Both the position numbers and the translations under genes were made by a program. Under the pieces are notes generated by a model that worked only from the letters and a program-made list of their open reading frames with translations, did not search any database and was not told the DNA's origin. A stretch of 64,000 bases of DNA from a virus: positions 6,744-70,743 of the IMG/VR virus record IMGVR_UViG_3300028559_000029; one strand, given 5' to 3'. Below, one piece after another: positions 54,660 to 64,000 of the stretch (its first letter is position 1; each line of letters opens with the position of its first letter).

Positions 54660-55942
54660 TGTCCAAATCCAATCATACGATTTAATTTTGTCTTTTTATC
54701 TAAGAAATCCACTTTAGTTTGTAGATTATATATATCTGCTAATGAAGTATCGTTTGTTATTTCGCTTTCTACAAAATCCGCAGGATAGTTAAGACTATTT
54801 GCAAGCATCTTTGCATCTGTTGTTGATAATAGTCCAAATTCATAATCTATCTGCAAGCGTCCTTTGCGTCTAAGAGCTTCATCGATATCATGCTTAGAGC
54901 AATTATATGTAACTATAATAGAAGTTTTCATAATGTCGCTCATGATTCCATCTGAAAGATTCAACAGAGAAGAAACCGCAGAGGAACTTCCACCGTCTTC
55001 TCGCTTTAAAATGGCTTTCTCCGCATCTTCTAAGATGATAACTGAATTTGGCTTTCTAAGAAGTATAGAAAGGCTATTAGGATCTGTAGTAAAGTATTCC
55101 AACATATTTGTAGGAACATAAATAAAATCCTTTTCTACTTGAGTAGTTAGATATTTTATATATGTTGTCTTTCCCGTACCCGGAGAACCATGAAACATAT
55201 ACAGTCCATTTGTTTTTGTTTTTAGTCGTTCTAAAATAGTTTCATTTATTTCTGAAAAACCACTTCCATAATTAAGTTCAATGTCTACAGTTCTTGAATT
55301 ATCTAATTTTATCGGTTCAAAATCATATTCTCCATATTGATTCTTAATGAAAATATGAATTCTTCCCTTTGTTTTTGTCAATATAAATGGGTCAAAATCT
55401 TCTAAAGGAAATTTTTGAACAGTAATTGGAGCACAGAATAGAATAGAAAAAGTTTTATTGCTTTCATTATAACCACCTTCCACGTCTTCTGATTCGTCGA
55501 TAATAATATTACTAGGAGGAGAACTCAAACTACTATTTGACATATACTCGCAATCGTCCGGTTGGTTTTTCATGGAAAGACGAACATATATATTTTTATA
55601 ATAAAACCAAAAAGTTCCTCCTCGAATACCTTCATAAAAATCTTTTTTAACAAAATTGCTCTTTCCGACAGAAGTATACGATAAGAGTTTTCCCTTTTTA
55701 AGTAGATGCTTGAGAGAAAGTCCAGTATATTCATCGTCTGAATAGAAAAACCCCGCACAATGACCATATTTTTTTTCTATGTATTTTCTTATCGGAAACT
55801 CATTATCGTTGATGGTATTATAAAAAGATTCAGTATTTCCTTCAATAAAGATAGACTGTATTTGGTTTTGTTTTAATGAGAGCATGGTCTTTACCATATG
55901 GGAATACGAATAAAAGGCAAGCTTTTTTTTAAAATATTCCAT
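54656..55942 (-). CDS. AAA+ ATPase (start uncertain)
   Basis: HGSPGTGKT, IILEDAE, LLNLSDG, IDEALRRKGRL, C-terminal IGF. Confidence 0.88.
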   Translation of the reverse strand: MEYFKKKLAFYSYSHMVKTMLSLKQNQIQSIFIEGNTESFYNTINDNEFPIRKYIEKKYGHCAGFFYSDDEYTGLSLKHLLKKGKLLSYTSVGKSNFVKKDFYEGIRGGTFWFYYKNIYVRLSMKNQPDDCEYMSNSSLSSPPSNIIIDESEDVEGGYNESNKTFSILFCAPITVQKFPLEDFDPFILTKTKGRIHIFIKNQYGEYDFEPIKLDNSRTVDIELNYGSGFSEINETILERLKTKTNGLYMFHGSPGTGKTTYIKYLTTQVEKDFIYVPTNMLEYFTTDPNSLSILLRKPNSVIILEDAEKAILKREDGGSSSAVSSLLNLSDGIMSDIMKTSIIVTYNCSKHDIDEALRRKGRLQIDYEFGLLSTTDAKMLANSLNYPADFVESEITNDTSLADIYNLQTKVDFLDKKTKLNRMIGFGQ

Positions 55943-55949
55943 AATTATT

Positions 55950-56324
55950 ATGTATATGAAAAAGCTATCAAAAAAACAAATTTATGAAATTCATGAAAAA
56001 TGCGTAAATTTGGTAAAAAGAAAACCAGCAGACTTTTTTTCATTTAGGAAAATGAGAGCATCGGTAGGATTGTGTAATTGGACAGACATCGAATTGGATT
56101 ATAGGAGAGATTTATTATCAACGGCATATCATGAATGTGTTCATTACTTGTTTCCCGATTATTCAGAAAGCATGGTTAAATATACGGAGAGTAGAATAGT
56201 AAATGTTTGTGATTCATTAGACTTAGCATATTTTTTAAAAATATTGTCCAACAAGTTATATAAATCTGAATTACACAAAAAATTATCTAAGCAAAAAAAA
56301 GCTTTGACATCTGGAAAAAAATAG
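55950..56324 (+). CDS. Small HExxH (minimal zincin-like) protein
   Basis: IELDYRRDLLSTAYHECVHYLFP..SE. Confidence 0.6.
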   Translation: MYMKKLSKKQIYEIHEKCVNLVKRKPADFFSFRKMRASVGLCNWTDIELDYRRDLLSTAYHECVHYLFPDYSESMVKYTESRIVNVCDSLDLAYFLKILSNKLYKSELHKKLSKQKKALTSGKK

Positions 56325-56359
56325 AAGACAATCAGGGAACTTTTATTAAATATACACAT

Positions 56360-57331
56360 ATGATATTCGAAGAACAAATCTCGCGCAAACCAAATAACTA
56401 TCCATGGACTGAAAAATTTATTGAATCTATGCACAATGGATTTTGGACAGACAAAGAATTTTCATTTAAATCTGATGTTCAACAGTTTAAAGTAAATTTA
56501 ACCGATCAAGAAAGAGAAATAGTTATACGAACATTATCTGCAATTGGACAGATTGAAATTGCAGTAAAATCTTTTTGGGCAAAGCTTGGTGAGAATCTTC
56601 CACATCCATCTTTACAAGATTTGGGATATGTTATGGCAAACACGGAAGTCATCCACAACAATGCATATGAACGTCTTATTTCTATTCTTGGTTTGGAAGA
56701 TGTTTTTGAAGAAAATCTAAAACTCGACTGGATTCAAGGCAGAGTCAAATATCTTAAAAAATATACTCATCGTTATTATAAAGACTCTAAAAAGCAATAT
56801 GTTTATGCATTAACTCTTTTTACATTATTTGTTGAAAATGTTTCTTTGTTTTCTCAATTCTATGTAATCAATTGGTTTGCTCGTTTTAAAAATGTTCTTA
56901 AAGATACTGATCAACAGGTAAAATATACTCGCAACGAAGAAAATATTCATGGTATGGTTGGTGCTCAAATTATCAATACTATTAGAGACGAATATCCAGA
57001 TCTTTTTGATGATGAATTTGTAAATAAAATTGTAGCGGAAGCTAAAGACGCATATGAAGCAGAAGCAAAAATTATTGATTGGATGATAAATGGAATCAAA
57101 GAAGAGGGTCTTAGTGCTGTTATTCTCAAAGAATTTGTTAAAAATAGAATCAATGAATCTCTTAAAATGATTGGATTTCCTGCTGCTTTTGAAATTGACA
57201 AAAATCTTATTTCTTCTACAATGTGGTTTCAGGAGGAATTATTGGGCAATAACATGACCGACTTCTTCCATAGTAAGGATACTGGTTACTCTAAAAAATC
57301 ACAGTGTTTTGATGAATCTGAATTATTTTAA
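56360..57331 (+). CDS. nrdB: Ribonucleotide reductase beta subunit (class I, Id-like)
   Basis: KPNNYPW, FWT..F..D, QIEIAVK, EVIHNNAY, VENVSLFSQF, EENIH, DFF, C-terminal ELF. Confidence 0.93.
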   Translation: MIFEEQISRKPNNYPWTEKFIESMHNGFWTDKEFSFKSDVQQFKVNLTDQEREIVIRTLSAIGQIEIAVKSFWAKLGENLPHPSLQDLGYVMANTEVIHNNAYERLISILGLEDVFEENLKLDWIQGRVKYLKKYTHRYYKDSKKQYVYALTLFTLFVENVSLFSQFYVINWFARFKNVLKDTDQQVKYTRNEENIHGMVGAQIINTIRDEYPDLFDDEFVNKIVAEAKDAYEAEAKIIDWMINGIKEEGLSAVILKEFVKNRINESLKMIGFPAAFEIDKNLISSTMWFQEELLGNNMTDFFHSKDTGYSKKSQCFDESELF

Positions 57332-57337
57332 TTTTAT

Positions 57338-60300
57338 ATGACAAACAAATACGAATGGCTTAACAAAGACTCAAGAAAATTCTTAGAAAGAGGATACTTG
57401 TTAGAAGGAGAAACAGCAGAACAAAGAATTAGAGATATTGCAGAAGCAGCAGAAAAATATTTAAATTGTGAAGGGTTTGCTAATAAATTTGAGGATTATA
57501 TGGCTAGAGGATTTTTTTCTTTGTCAAGTCCAATCTGGTCAAATTTCGGACGCAAAAGGGGATTGCCTATCTCTTGTGTTACACCTGAAACTTGGATTAA
57601 TACCAAAGAAGACGGGGGGAAAATGGCTAAGGATATAAAAATTGGAGATTTAGTTCTTACTCATAAAGGAAGGTACAGAAAAGTAACAGATATTATTATA
57701 ACTAATAATAGAAAAAACATATTCAAACTTAAGGTTGCTAATCGGATGACTCCTTTATATATAACAGAAAACCATCTAATTCTTACAAATTTAGGTTGGG
57801 TTAGAGTAGATGAATTAAACAAAGATATTCATTTAGTAGCTATAAATGGAGATATTGAGATAGAAGAAAAAGAACACATTTTAAACCTTAAGCCTTATTG
57901 TAAAAAATATGAACCATATATTGTAGATGGAAAAATATGTAAAAAAATTTCAGAAAATACCAAAGAAAAATATACAAAAAACTCAAATTACGTTACATAT
58001 ATTTCAACACCAAATGAAAAAATTGAAATAGATGAAGACCTATCGTGGGCATTTGGATTTTGGTTTGCCGAAGGAAGTTTAACAGTTGATAAAAATAATA
58101 TTCCTAACGGTATAAGAATTACATACAACGATAAAGATGAAAAAGAATTGGGTGAAAGGTGGGTTAGTATAATAACAAATAAATTTAATTTAAACGGAAA
58201 TATATATTCTAGTAAAATTGAAAGAAATGAAAAAATAAATAGTTGGCTTACTGCTAATATAAACTCTCATATAATTGGAAATTTATTTGAAAGTTTTGGT
58301 AAAGGGTGCAAGGAAAAGTTAATTCCAAATTGGATTATAAATTTGCCCAAAAAAACTCTTCAAAGCTTTTTGGATGGTTTATTGTGCGGAGATGGACATA
58401 TAACAAAGGATAACGGATATAGAATAACTGTAGCAAATCCCAAAATGCTTTTACAAATATATCAAATTGGTCTTAAATTAGGACACCAAATGTCATTACA
58501 AATGCAAGAAAAACCAGCTAAATTGTCTAGTACAAAATATGTATATACATGCAATTTTAGAAAATATAAAACAGGAGCTAATAAAAACATATCAAATTGT
58601 GCTATAAAATTTAACGATGGATTATTTTATACACCAATTAAAGAATTAATTTTAACGAATAAACAGGAAGATGTTTATGATTTTACGGTGGAAGAAGATC
58701 ATTCTTTTAGTGCGGCTGGTGTGATTTTGCACAATTGTTTCGGTTCTTACATTCCCGACACTATGGAAGGAATCATGGAAAAGGTTTCAGAAACCGCTGT
58801 AATGACAAAGCATGGTGGTGGTACATCTGCGTATTTTGGTAATGTTAGAGGAAGAGGAACACCAATTTCATCAGGTGGTGAATCTACAGGATCTGTTCAT
58901 TTCATGGAATTGTTTGATAAACTTATGAATGTTGTCTCTCAAGGAAATGTTCGTAGAGGATCATTTGCCGCATATCTTCCAGTAGACCATCCAGACATTG
59001 AAGAATTTTTGAAGATTAAATCGGATGGATGTGATATTCAAAATCTATCAATTGGTGTTTCGGTTTCCGATGAATGGATGAAAAAAATGATCGATGGTGA
59101 TAAAGATGCTCGTAAAATTTGGGGTCTTGTTATTAAGAAGCGTTTTGAATCTGGTTATCCATATATCCTTTTTAGCGATAATGTTAACAACCAAGCTCCT
59201 CAAATTTATAAAGATAAAGGATTGAAAATTAATAATTCTAACTTGTGCGTAACGGGTGATCAGAGAGTTCCATCCAACTTTGGCGTTTTGACAGCAAAGG
59301 AACTTTATGAAATTGGAAAAGAATTAATTTTATTTGACAATAATAAAATAGTAAAATCTTCTCCAATGAGACTTGTAGAAAATAACGCTGATGTATTTAA
59401 AATTACATTAGAAAACGGTATGACACACAAAATTACGTCTTACCATAAAGTTTCTATTTTTGATAAAAGAACTCAAAAAACAAACGAACCTCAAGTGATA
59501 ATTACGAGAGATGTAGCATGTGAAGATTTAAAAATTGGTGATTCGGTTGCAATTCAAACAAACAAAGGACTTTTTGGAGACAATAATATGCCAAAAGAAG
59601 CATTTCTGCTTGGGTTATATCAAGCCGACGGTACTCAACACAAAGATTTTATTATGATTGATTTATGGGAAAATGATTTTGATCTTTTAGATGAAGTTCA
59701 GTCATATCATGATTATGTTTGCAATGAATATAAAACTCAAATTTCTAGTTATAATAAAAGAATTTATGAAAACCCAATTTTTAGAGACTGCGTGGTTCAA
59801 GAGGGTTCATCTTTAAAAAAGAGATTAACGTCAAAGGCTCTGAAAAAGGCACTCAATTTTGAAAAGGGATATGTACCAGATTGGATTTGGTCTTCTAATG
59901 GAGAGACACAATGGCAATATATTAAAGGTCTTTATTATGCAGATGGTACGGTTTTTAAATCAAAATCTGATGGCGAACCAGTACAAATTTCATTAGCATC
60001 TATTAATAAAGAATTTTTAGAAGAAATTCAGATAATTTTGGCTAATCTTGGAATGCAAACTTCTATTAGAATTCTTAGAAAAGCTGGTAAAACATTATTA
60101 CCTGATGGTAAAGGTGGTGAAAAATATTATGAATGTAAAGATTGCTATCGACTTATTATTGGAAATAAAAATGATGCACTTGTTTTTGAAAAAAACACGG
60201 GTTTCTTGAGTAGAAAAAAAATTAAAATAGAAAAAAAGGAATATAGAAATAATACAAAGAAATTTTATAAAATTTCTTCTATTGAGCACATAGGAAAGGA

Positions 60301-61288
60301 AGAAGTATATTGCTGCACCGTTGATTCAGAAGAGCATCATTGGATATGCAATGGTATAGTAACTCATAATTGTTCTGAAATTATGCTTTCTAACTCAGAA
60401 GATGAATCTTTCGTATGTGATTTATCATCTTTAAATTTAGAAACATGGGAAGAGTGGAAAAATACTGATGCCGTAGAGACATTGGTCTATTTCTTGGATG
60501 CAGTAATGTCGGAATTTATTGATAAGACTGAAGGAATGAAATGCATGGAAGCACCTAGAAAGTTTGCTATGAATCAGAGAGCGTTGGGAGTTGGCGTTCT
60601 AGGTTGGCACTCTTTATTACAGTCCAAGATGATTCCATTTGAATCTATGGAAGCAAAATTTTTGAACAATGAAATTTGGTCTTTTATTAGAAAAAAATCA
60701 GATATGGCAACTACCGAATTAGCAGGTATTTTGGGGTCTGCACCAATTTATGATGACAGTAATAAATTAGAATATTATAGACGCAATGTTACTACATTAG
60801 CGGTTGCTCCTACAACGTCCTCCAGCTTCATTCTTGGGCAAGTATCGCCTAGTATCGAACCATTGAATAGTAATTATTATGTCAAAGACCTTGCTAAAGG
60901 CAAATTTACAAATAAAAATCCACATCTTAAGAATCTTTTAAAAGAGAAGGGTAAACATGATGATGATACTTGGAAGTCTATTTTAGTTCATGGTGGATCT
61001 GTTCAACATTTAGAGTTTCTATCCGAAAATGAAAAAGATGTATTTAAAACATTTGGAGAAATTTCACAAAAAGAAATTATTATTCAAGCTGCACAACGTC
61101 AAAAATATATTGACCAAGGCCAGAGTTTGAATATTATGATTCCTCCAAACACCAAACCAAAGGAAGTAAATGAACTTATGATATTTGCATGGGAACAGGG
61201 TATTAAATCATTGTATTATCAACGTAGCGCGAATCCCGCACAAGAGCTTGCCAGAAGTATAATGACCTGTAAATCGTGCGAAGCATAA
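57338..61288 (+). CDS. nrdA: Ribonucleotide reductase alpha subunit with two inteins (about 554 aa after splicing, no ATP cone)
   Basis: SSPIWSN, GLPIS|C, GGGTS, SQGNVRRG, SNL|CSEI, LGVG, APTTSSS, IDQGQSLN, KSLYY, C-terminal CKSC. Confidence 0.95.
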   Translation: MTNKYEWLNKDSRKFLERGYLLEGETAEQRIRDIAEAAEKYLNCEGFANKFEDYMARGFFSLSSPIWSNFGRKRGLPISCVTPETWINTKEDGGKMAKDIKIGDLVLTHKGRYRKVTDIIITNNRKNIFKLKVANRMTPLYITENHLILTNLGWVRVDELNKDIHLVAINGDIEIEEKEHILNLKPYCKKYEPYIVDGKICKKISENTKEKYTKNSNYVTYISTPNEKIEIDEDLSWAFGFWFAEGSLTVDKNNIPNGIRITYNDKDEKELGERWVSIITNKFNLNGNIYSSKIERNEKINSWLTANINSHIIGNLFESFGKGCKEKLIPNWIINLPKKTLQSFLDGLLCGDGHITKDNGYRITVANPKMLLQIYQIGLKLGHQMSLQMQEKPAKLSSTKYVYTCNFRKYKTGANKNISNCAIKFNDGLFYTPIKELILTNKQEDVYDFTVEEDHSFSAAGVILHNCFGSYIPDTMEGIMEKVSETAVMTKHGGGTSAYFGNVRGRGTPISSGGESTGSVHFMELFDKLMNVVSQGNVRRGSFAAYLPVDHPDIEEFLKIKSDGCDIQNLSIGVSVSDEWMKKMIDGDKDARKIWGLVIKKRFESGYPYILFSDNVNNQAPQIYKDKGLKINNSNLCVTGDQRVPSNFGVLTAKELYEIGKELILFDNNKIVKSSPMRLVENNADVFKITLENGMTHKITSYHKVSIFDKRTQKTNEPQVIITRDVACEDLKIGDSVAIQTNKGLFGDNNMPKEAFLLGLYQADGTQHKDFIMIDLWENDFDLLDEVQSYHDYVCNEYKTQISSYNKRIYENPIFRDCVVQEGSSLKKRLTSKALKKALNFEKGYVPDWIWSSNGETQWQYIKGLYYADGTVFKSKSDGEPVQISLASINKEFLEEIQIILANLGMQTSIRILRKAGKTLLPDGKGGEKYYECKDCYRLIIGNKNDALVFEKNTGFLSRKKIKIEKKEYRNNTKKFYKISSIEHIGKEEVYCCTVDSEEHHWICNGIVTHNCSEIMLSNSEDESFVCDLSSLNLETWEEWKNTDAVETLVYFLDAVMSEFIDKTEGMKCMEAPRKFAMNQRALGVGVLGWHSLLQSKMIPFESMEAKFLNNEIWSFIRKKSDMATTELAGILGSAPIYDDSNKLEYYRRNVTTLAVAPTTSSSFILGQVSPSIEPLNSNYYVKDLAKGKFTNKNPHLKNLLKEKGKHDDDTWKSILVHGGSVQHLEFLSENEKDVFKTFGEISQKEIIIQAAQRQKYIDQGQSLNIMIPPNTKPKEVNELMIFAWEQGIKSLYYQRSANPAQELARSIMTCKSCEA
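57575..58735 (+). mobile_element. Intein 1 in nrdA (387 aa) with LAGLIDADG endonuclease
   Basis: CVTPET..ITENH..FGFWFAEGS..FLDGLLCGDG..VYDFTVEEDHSF..ILHN followed by Cys. Confidence 0.93.
59246..60370 (+). mobile_element. Intein 2 in nrdA (375 aa) with LAGLIDADG endonuclease
   Basis: CVTGDQ..ITSYH..LLGLYQADG..IKGLYYADG..VYCCTV..IVTHN followed by Cys of NLCSE. Confidence 0.93.
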
Positions 61289-61296
61289 TAGGATTG

Positions 61297-62424
61297 ATGT
61301 TTACAATATATAATCAATCAGAATGGGCAGATATTATAAAAAATCGTCCAAAATTCGACCTTTCAATAAAAGAAGAGATATGGGAAAGAACAAGGGGTTA
61401 TGATGTTCCTTTGGTTGAAATCACACAAACGGATGCAGAAACAGACTTTCAATCACTTAAAAACCTAAACACACTCCCTCTCATAAAAGAGGGGGAATTG
61501 TTCAGTAGATATGATTATAAGTGGGAATTAGGTACAAAATACATAGATTCATGTAATGTTGGAAATAAATCATCAAACTTCTTTCATCAAGATTTAAGAT
61601 ATAAATGTGATTCTATAAATTCTCCTTCTCCTTATAGAACATGGCATACAAAAAAGTTTTTCATGACTCTTTTAAATGCTCTTTGGACACTAAAAGTTAA
61701 AGAAGTTACTTCCGATACACTCAGAACCTGTATAGCAATGAGAAAGTATATCGCAAGTCAGTTTCGCCCATCAGCAGCTAAAACATTATACGATCATTTT
61801 AATGCTGAAAGTGTATTAGACTTTAGTTCAGGATGGGGAGATAGGCTGAATGGTGCAATGGCATCACAAACAGTTAAAACATACATAGGAATTGATCCAA
61901 ATGATAATTTGTATGATTCATATAATCAACAAATGAATCTTTTTAATTCTGATAAAACCATTGAAATGAATTGTTTTCCTGCTGAAGATTTTTTACCTTC
62001 ATATAATCAAACAGAATTTGATTTCATATTCACAAGTCCTCCATACTTTATCATAGAAAGATATTCAAAAGAAAATAATCAATCATGGCAAAGATATAAA
62101 AAGATAGATAAATGGTTATCACTTTTCCTCTTTCCTGTTATTGAAAGCTCTTGGAGGCAATTAAAGACTGGTGGACACATAGCAATAAACATAAGTGATG
62201 TTTACTGTAACCATACAATAAACAGAATATGTGATCCTATGAATGATTTTATATCTACACTACCAAATTCTATAAAATCAGAAAACATAAATTACAGAAT
62301 GGCAAAGCGAATGGGAAGTAATTCGGACAGATCCGGTATATTTGTAGAACCTGTTTGGATTTGGAAAAAACAATTTAATATTTTAGATACTATATTATAT
62401 ACAGATGAAAAAAAATTGGTTTGA
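61297..62424 (+). CDS. Amino (N4-C/N6-A) DNA methyltransferase
   Basis: SQFRPSAAK, VLDFSSGWGDRL (motif I), YIGIDPN, FTSPPYF (motif IV); ATG at 61297 preferred over GTG at 61276. Confidence 0.85.
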   Translation: MFTIYNQSEWADIIKNRPKFDLSIKEEIWERTRGYDVPLVEITQTDAETDFQSLKNLNTLPLIKEGELFSRYDYKWELGTKYIDSCNVGNKSSNFFHQDLRYKCDSINSPSPYRTWHTKKFFMTLLNALWTLKVKEVTSDTLRTCIAMRKYIASQFRPSAAKTLYDHFNAESVLDFSSGWGDRLNGAMASQTVKTYIGIDPNDNLYDSYNQQMNLFNSDKTIEMNCFPAEDFLPSYNQTEFDFIFTSPPYFIIERYSKENNQSWQRYKKIDKWLSLFLFPVIESSWRQLKTGGHIAINISDVYCNHTINRICDPMNDFISTLPNSIKSENINYRMAKRMGSNSDRSGIFVEPVWIWKKQFNILDTILYTDEKKLV

Positions 62425-62448
62425 CATTTCATGTTGTGGTATTATAAT
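62421..62448 (+). promoter_or_regulatory. Consensus sigma70 promoter TTGACA-16-TATAAT
   Basis: TTGACA 62421-62426, TATAAT 62443-62448, upstream of a small-ORF cluster. Confidence 0.7.
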
Positions 62449-62508
62449 AATAGCATCCATATATTCTACCATATACGGAACATATAAAATATTAGAAACT
62501 TTATTAAA

Positions 62509-62772
62509 ATGAAAAACATACAAGAAATTTTAGAAAATTGTTTACATGATGACGAAACTGTTTTATTAGCAGATGGATTTGAAGATGCATTTGTTGGTAT
62601 TGGTAGACAATTTGGTAAACCGATGGCTGTTTATAATAAATTAAAATGCATCGAATCTCTAATAAAGGAAGGAATGTCTGAAGAAGAGGCAGAAGAGTAT
62701 TTTTCCTTTAATGTTGAAGGTGCATACGTAGGGGAAAACACACCAATATTTTTAGAATCATATGAAAATTAA
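62509..62772 (+). CDS. Hypothetical phage protein
   Basis: LADGFEDAFVGI..AVY..GMSEEEAEEYFSFNVEGAYVGENTP, a pattern I recall from other phage proteins. Confidence 0.7.
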   Translation: MKNIQEILENCLHDDETVLLADGFEDAFVGIGRQFGKPMAVYNKLKCIESLIKEGMSEEEAEEYFSFNVEGAYVGENTPIFLESYEN

Positions 62773-63109
62773 ATTACCAGAATCTATATATGAACTTGGT
62801 TTAATTACTTTTAAAGAACCAATTTATATTGATCTATATCATGTAGATCGTCATAATTATCTAGCATATTTTGAATGGGACTTTGGTATGGATTGTAAGG
62901 TATTCTTGGATTCTTGGATTTTGGAAAGTAGAGTAAAAAAAGGAATTAAAAATAAAGTTTTAATGCAGATTCAGTATGATCTTGGTCATGCTTTCTTTCA
63001 TTACGAAGGAGATCCAAACTACACATATTACCATTGGGCATTGAAAGCATGGTTAAAGGATAGAGTAGATTTAGATGAAGATTTTGAGCAAGATTTTTAT
63101 TACAAATAA
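62762..63109 (+). CDS. Hypothetical protein
   Basis: 115-aa aromatic-rich ORF overlapping the upstream gene. Confidence 0.55.
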   Translation: MKIKLPESIYELGLITFKEPIYIDLYHVDRHNYLAYFEWDFGMDCKVFLDSWILESRVKKGIKNKVLMQIQYDLGHAFFHYEGDPNYTYYHWALKAWLKDRVDLDEDFEQDFYYK

Positions 63110-63150
63110 CTGTTGACATTTTATAAAAATTATTTAATAATATAAGAATT

Positions 63151-63498
63151 ATGAAATACACAATCCGTAAAAGAGAAAACGTAACACTATACTTGGCAAG
63201 CGATGCAGTAGAACTAGACGAAGATGACTTCAAAAACTTGGAAGAGAATCCATATACAGGAAACAGTGAAGAAGAGTTTCTAAAATATATTTCCGAATTT
63301 AATCTTTATGATGGTCCTCCTTGGGATTTAGATTCTGATTGTGCATTGGAATTGGAAAAACTTGGCTTCGACGTGGAAATGAAAGAATTTGATAATTCCG
63401 CGCAAAAATATGCAGACGTTTGGTTTGAATCCGGACAAGTAGACGAAAAATATTCAAGGTATGGAGGATTCAACTTCTCATATTCAACAAAAGATTAA
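63151..63498 (+). CDS. Hypothetical acidic protein
   Basis: 115 aa; TTGACA at 63113 upstream. Confidence 0.6.
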   Translation: MKYTIRKRENVTLYLASDAVELDEDDFKNLEENPYTGNSEEEFLKYISEFNLYDGPPWDLDSDCALELEKLGFDVEMKEFDNSAQKYADVWFESGQVDEKYSRYGGFNFSYSTKD

Positions 63499-63499
63499 A

Positions 63500-63766
63500 A
63501 TGAAAACCAAAAGTGCCGAAATCAAAAAAGAAAAGCCAGCATCTTTTAACCAAATTTTCAAAGCAAAGAAAGCTTATGAAAAAGCAAGCGAAATGAAGGA
63601 TAAAGCTCATAAAGAGTATATGAATATTCTTAGCAAATCTGAACACCTTAACAAGAAGGTCGCAACCGTCGGCAATAGATCTTGGTATGTCACAATTGAT
63701 ATTGATACAGATGCGCGATACTTCAAAAGAGATCCAAAAATTTACTTTAGCCCAATTAAAAAATGA
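63500..63766 (+). CDS. Hypothetical protein
   Basis: ATG at 63500 just after the upstream stop; 88 aa, basic. Confidence 0.5.
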   Translation: MKTKSAEIKKEKPASFNQIFKAKKAYEKASEMKDKAHKEYMNILSKSEHLNKKVATVGNRSWYVTIDIDTDARYFKRDPKIYFSPIKK

Positions 63767-64000
63767 AAAAGAAAAAAACAGAACAATCTAAAAAAGTATC
63801 AATAGAGTTTGATGAAAAACATCTTGCAACTCTTGTAACTGCATTGGAAGTATATAGCCGACTTCGATCTGGGCAAATTGCAATGGCTATGTCCACCGCC
63901 TTTATTGACAAGGATTGCTTAAATTATATTGACACTCATGTAATTGAAAGCGTTGTTAGGACATTGGCATTTAGAAATGAAGATATTTGCACAAATCCGA
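63763..64000 (+). CDS. Hypothetical protein (truncated by window end; not in the ORF track)
   Basis: ATGA overlap with the upstream stop; open frame MKKKKTEQSKKVSIEFDEKHLATLVTALEVYSRLRSGQ... to the end of the window. Confidence 0.55.
   Translation, partial: MKKKKTEQSKKVSIEFDEKHLATLVTALEVYSRLRSGQIAMAMSTAFIDKDCLNYIDTHVIESVVRTLAFRNEDICTNP

Noticed and set aside
226-63233. Many 60-125 aa ORFs antisense to or nested in long genes (e.g. 226-465, 8458-8775, 14751-15125, 41930-42229, 49398-49772)
   Set aside because: They are shadows of well-supported genes, with no motifs or expression signals
1-64000. Stop-codon reassignment (alternative genetic code)
   Set aside because: Core genes are full length in the standard code, and TAA, TGA and TAG all end genes at expected positions
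1-64000. tRNA, rRNA or large structured ncRNA genes
   Set aside because: Intergenic gaps are nearly all under 100 nt and AT-rich; no cloverleaf or T-loop pattern noticed by eye (tRNAscan-SE/Infernal not run)

Overview
This window is 64 kb of an AT-rich, densely coding, T4-like myovirus genome (standard genetic code; no tRNA, rRNA or CRISPR array seen). The + strand from 1 to 30 kb carries the replication/recombination core: uvsW, gp55, gp47, gp46, gp43 polymerase, intein-split thyX, uvsX, gp41, a DHH phosphoesterase, gp32 and gp45. A 13-gene glycosylation/O-methylation island sits between gp47 and gp46. The - strand from 30 to 49 kb is a rearranged tail/baseplate/packaging module: a split gp5, hub, gp3-like, gp17, gp53, tape measure, two gp26-like genes, gp54-like, gp19 and gp18. 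The region from 49 to 64 kb holds phoH, neck gp14, candidate internal head proteins, an AAA+/PD-(D/E)xK pair, a class Id-like ribonucleotide reductase whose nrdA has two LAGLIDADG inteins, a DNA methyltransferase and small ORFs. The most notable unexplained signals are: (1) the glycan island; (2) an apparently leaderless expression scheme, with sigma70-type promoters sharing a TTTCTAGG box and TAA(G/A)TA late promoters both placed about 6 nt before the ATG; (3) a 16-bp palindrome covering the polymerase promoter and start codon; (4) a gp5 OB-fold interrupted by a SleB-like hydrolase; and (5) a DHH nuclease in the syntenic slot of T4 RNase H. All assignments come from motif recognition and synteny by eye; no searches were run.
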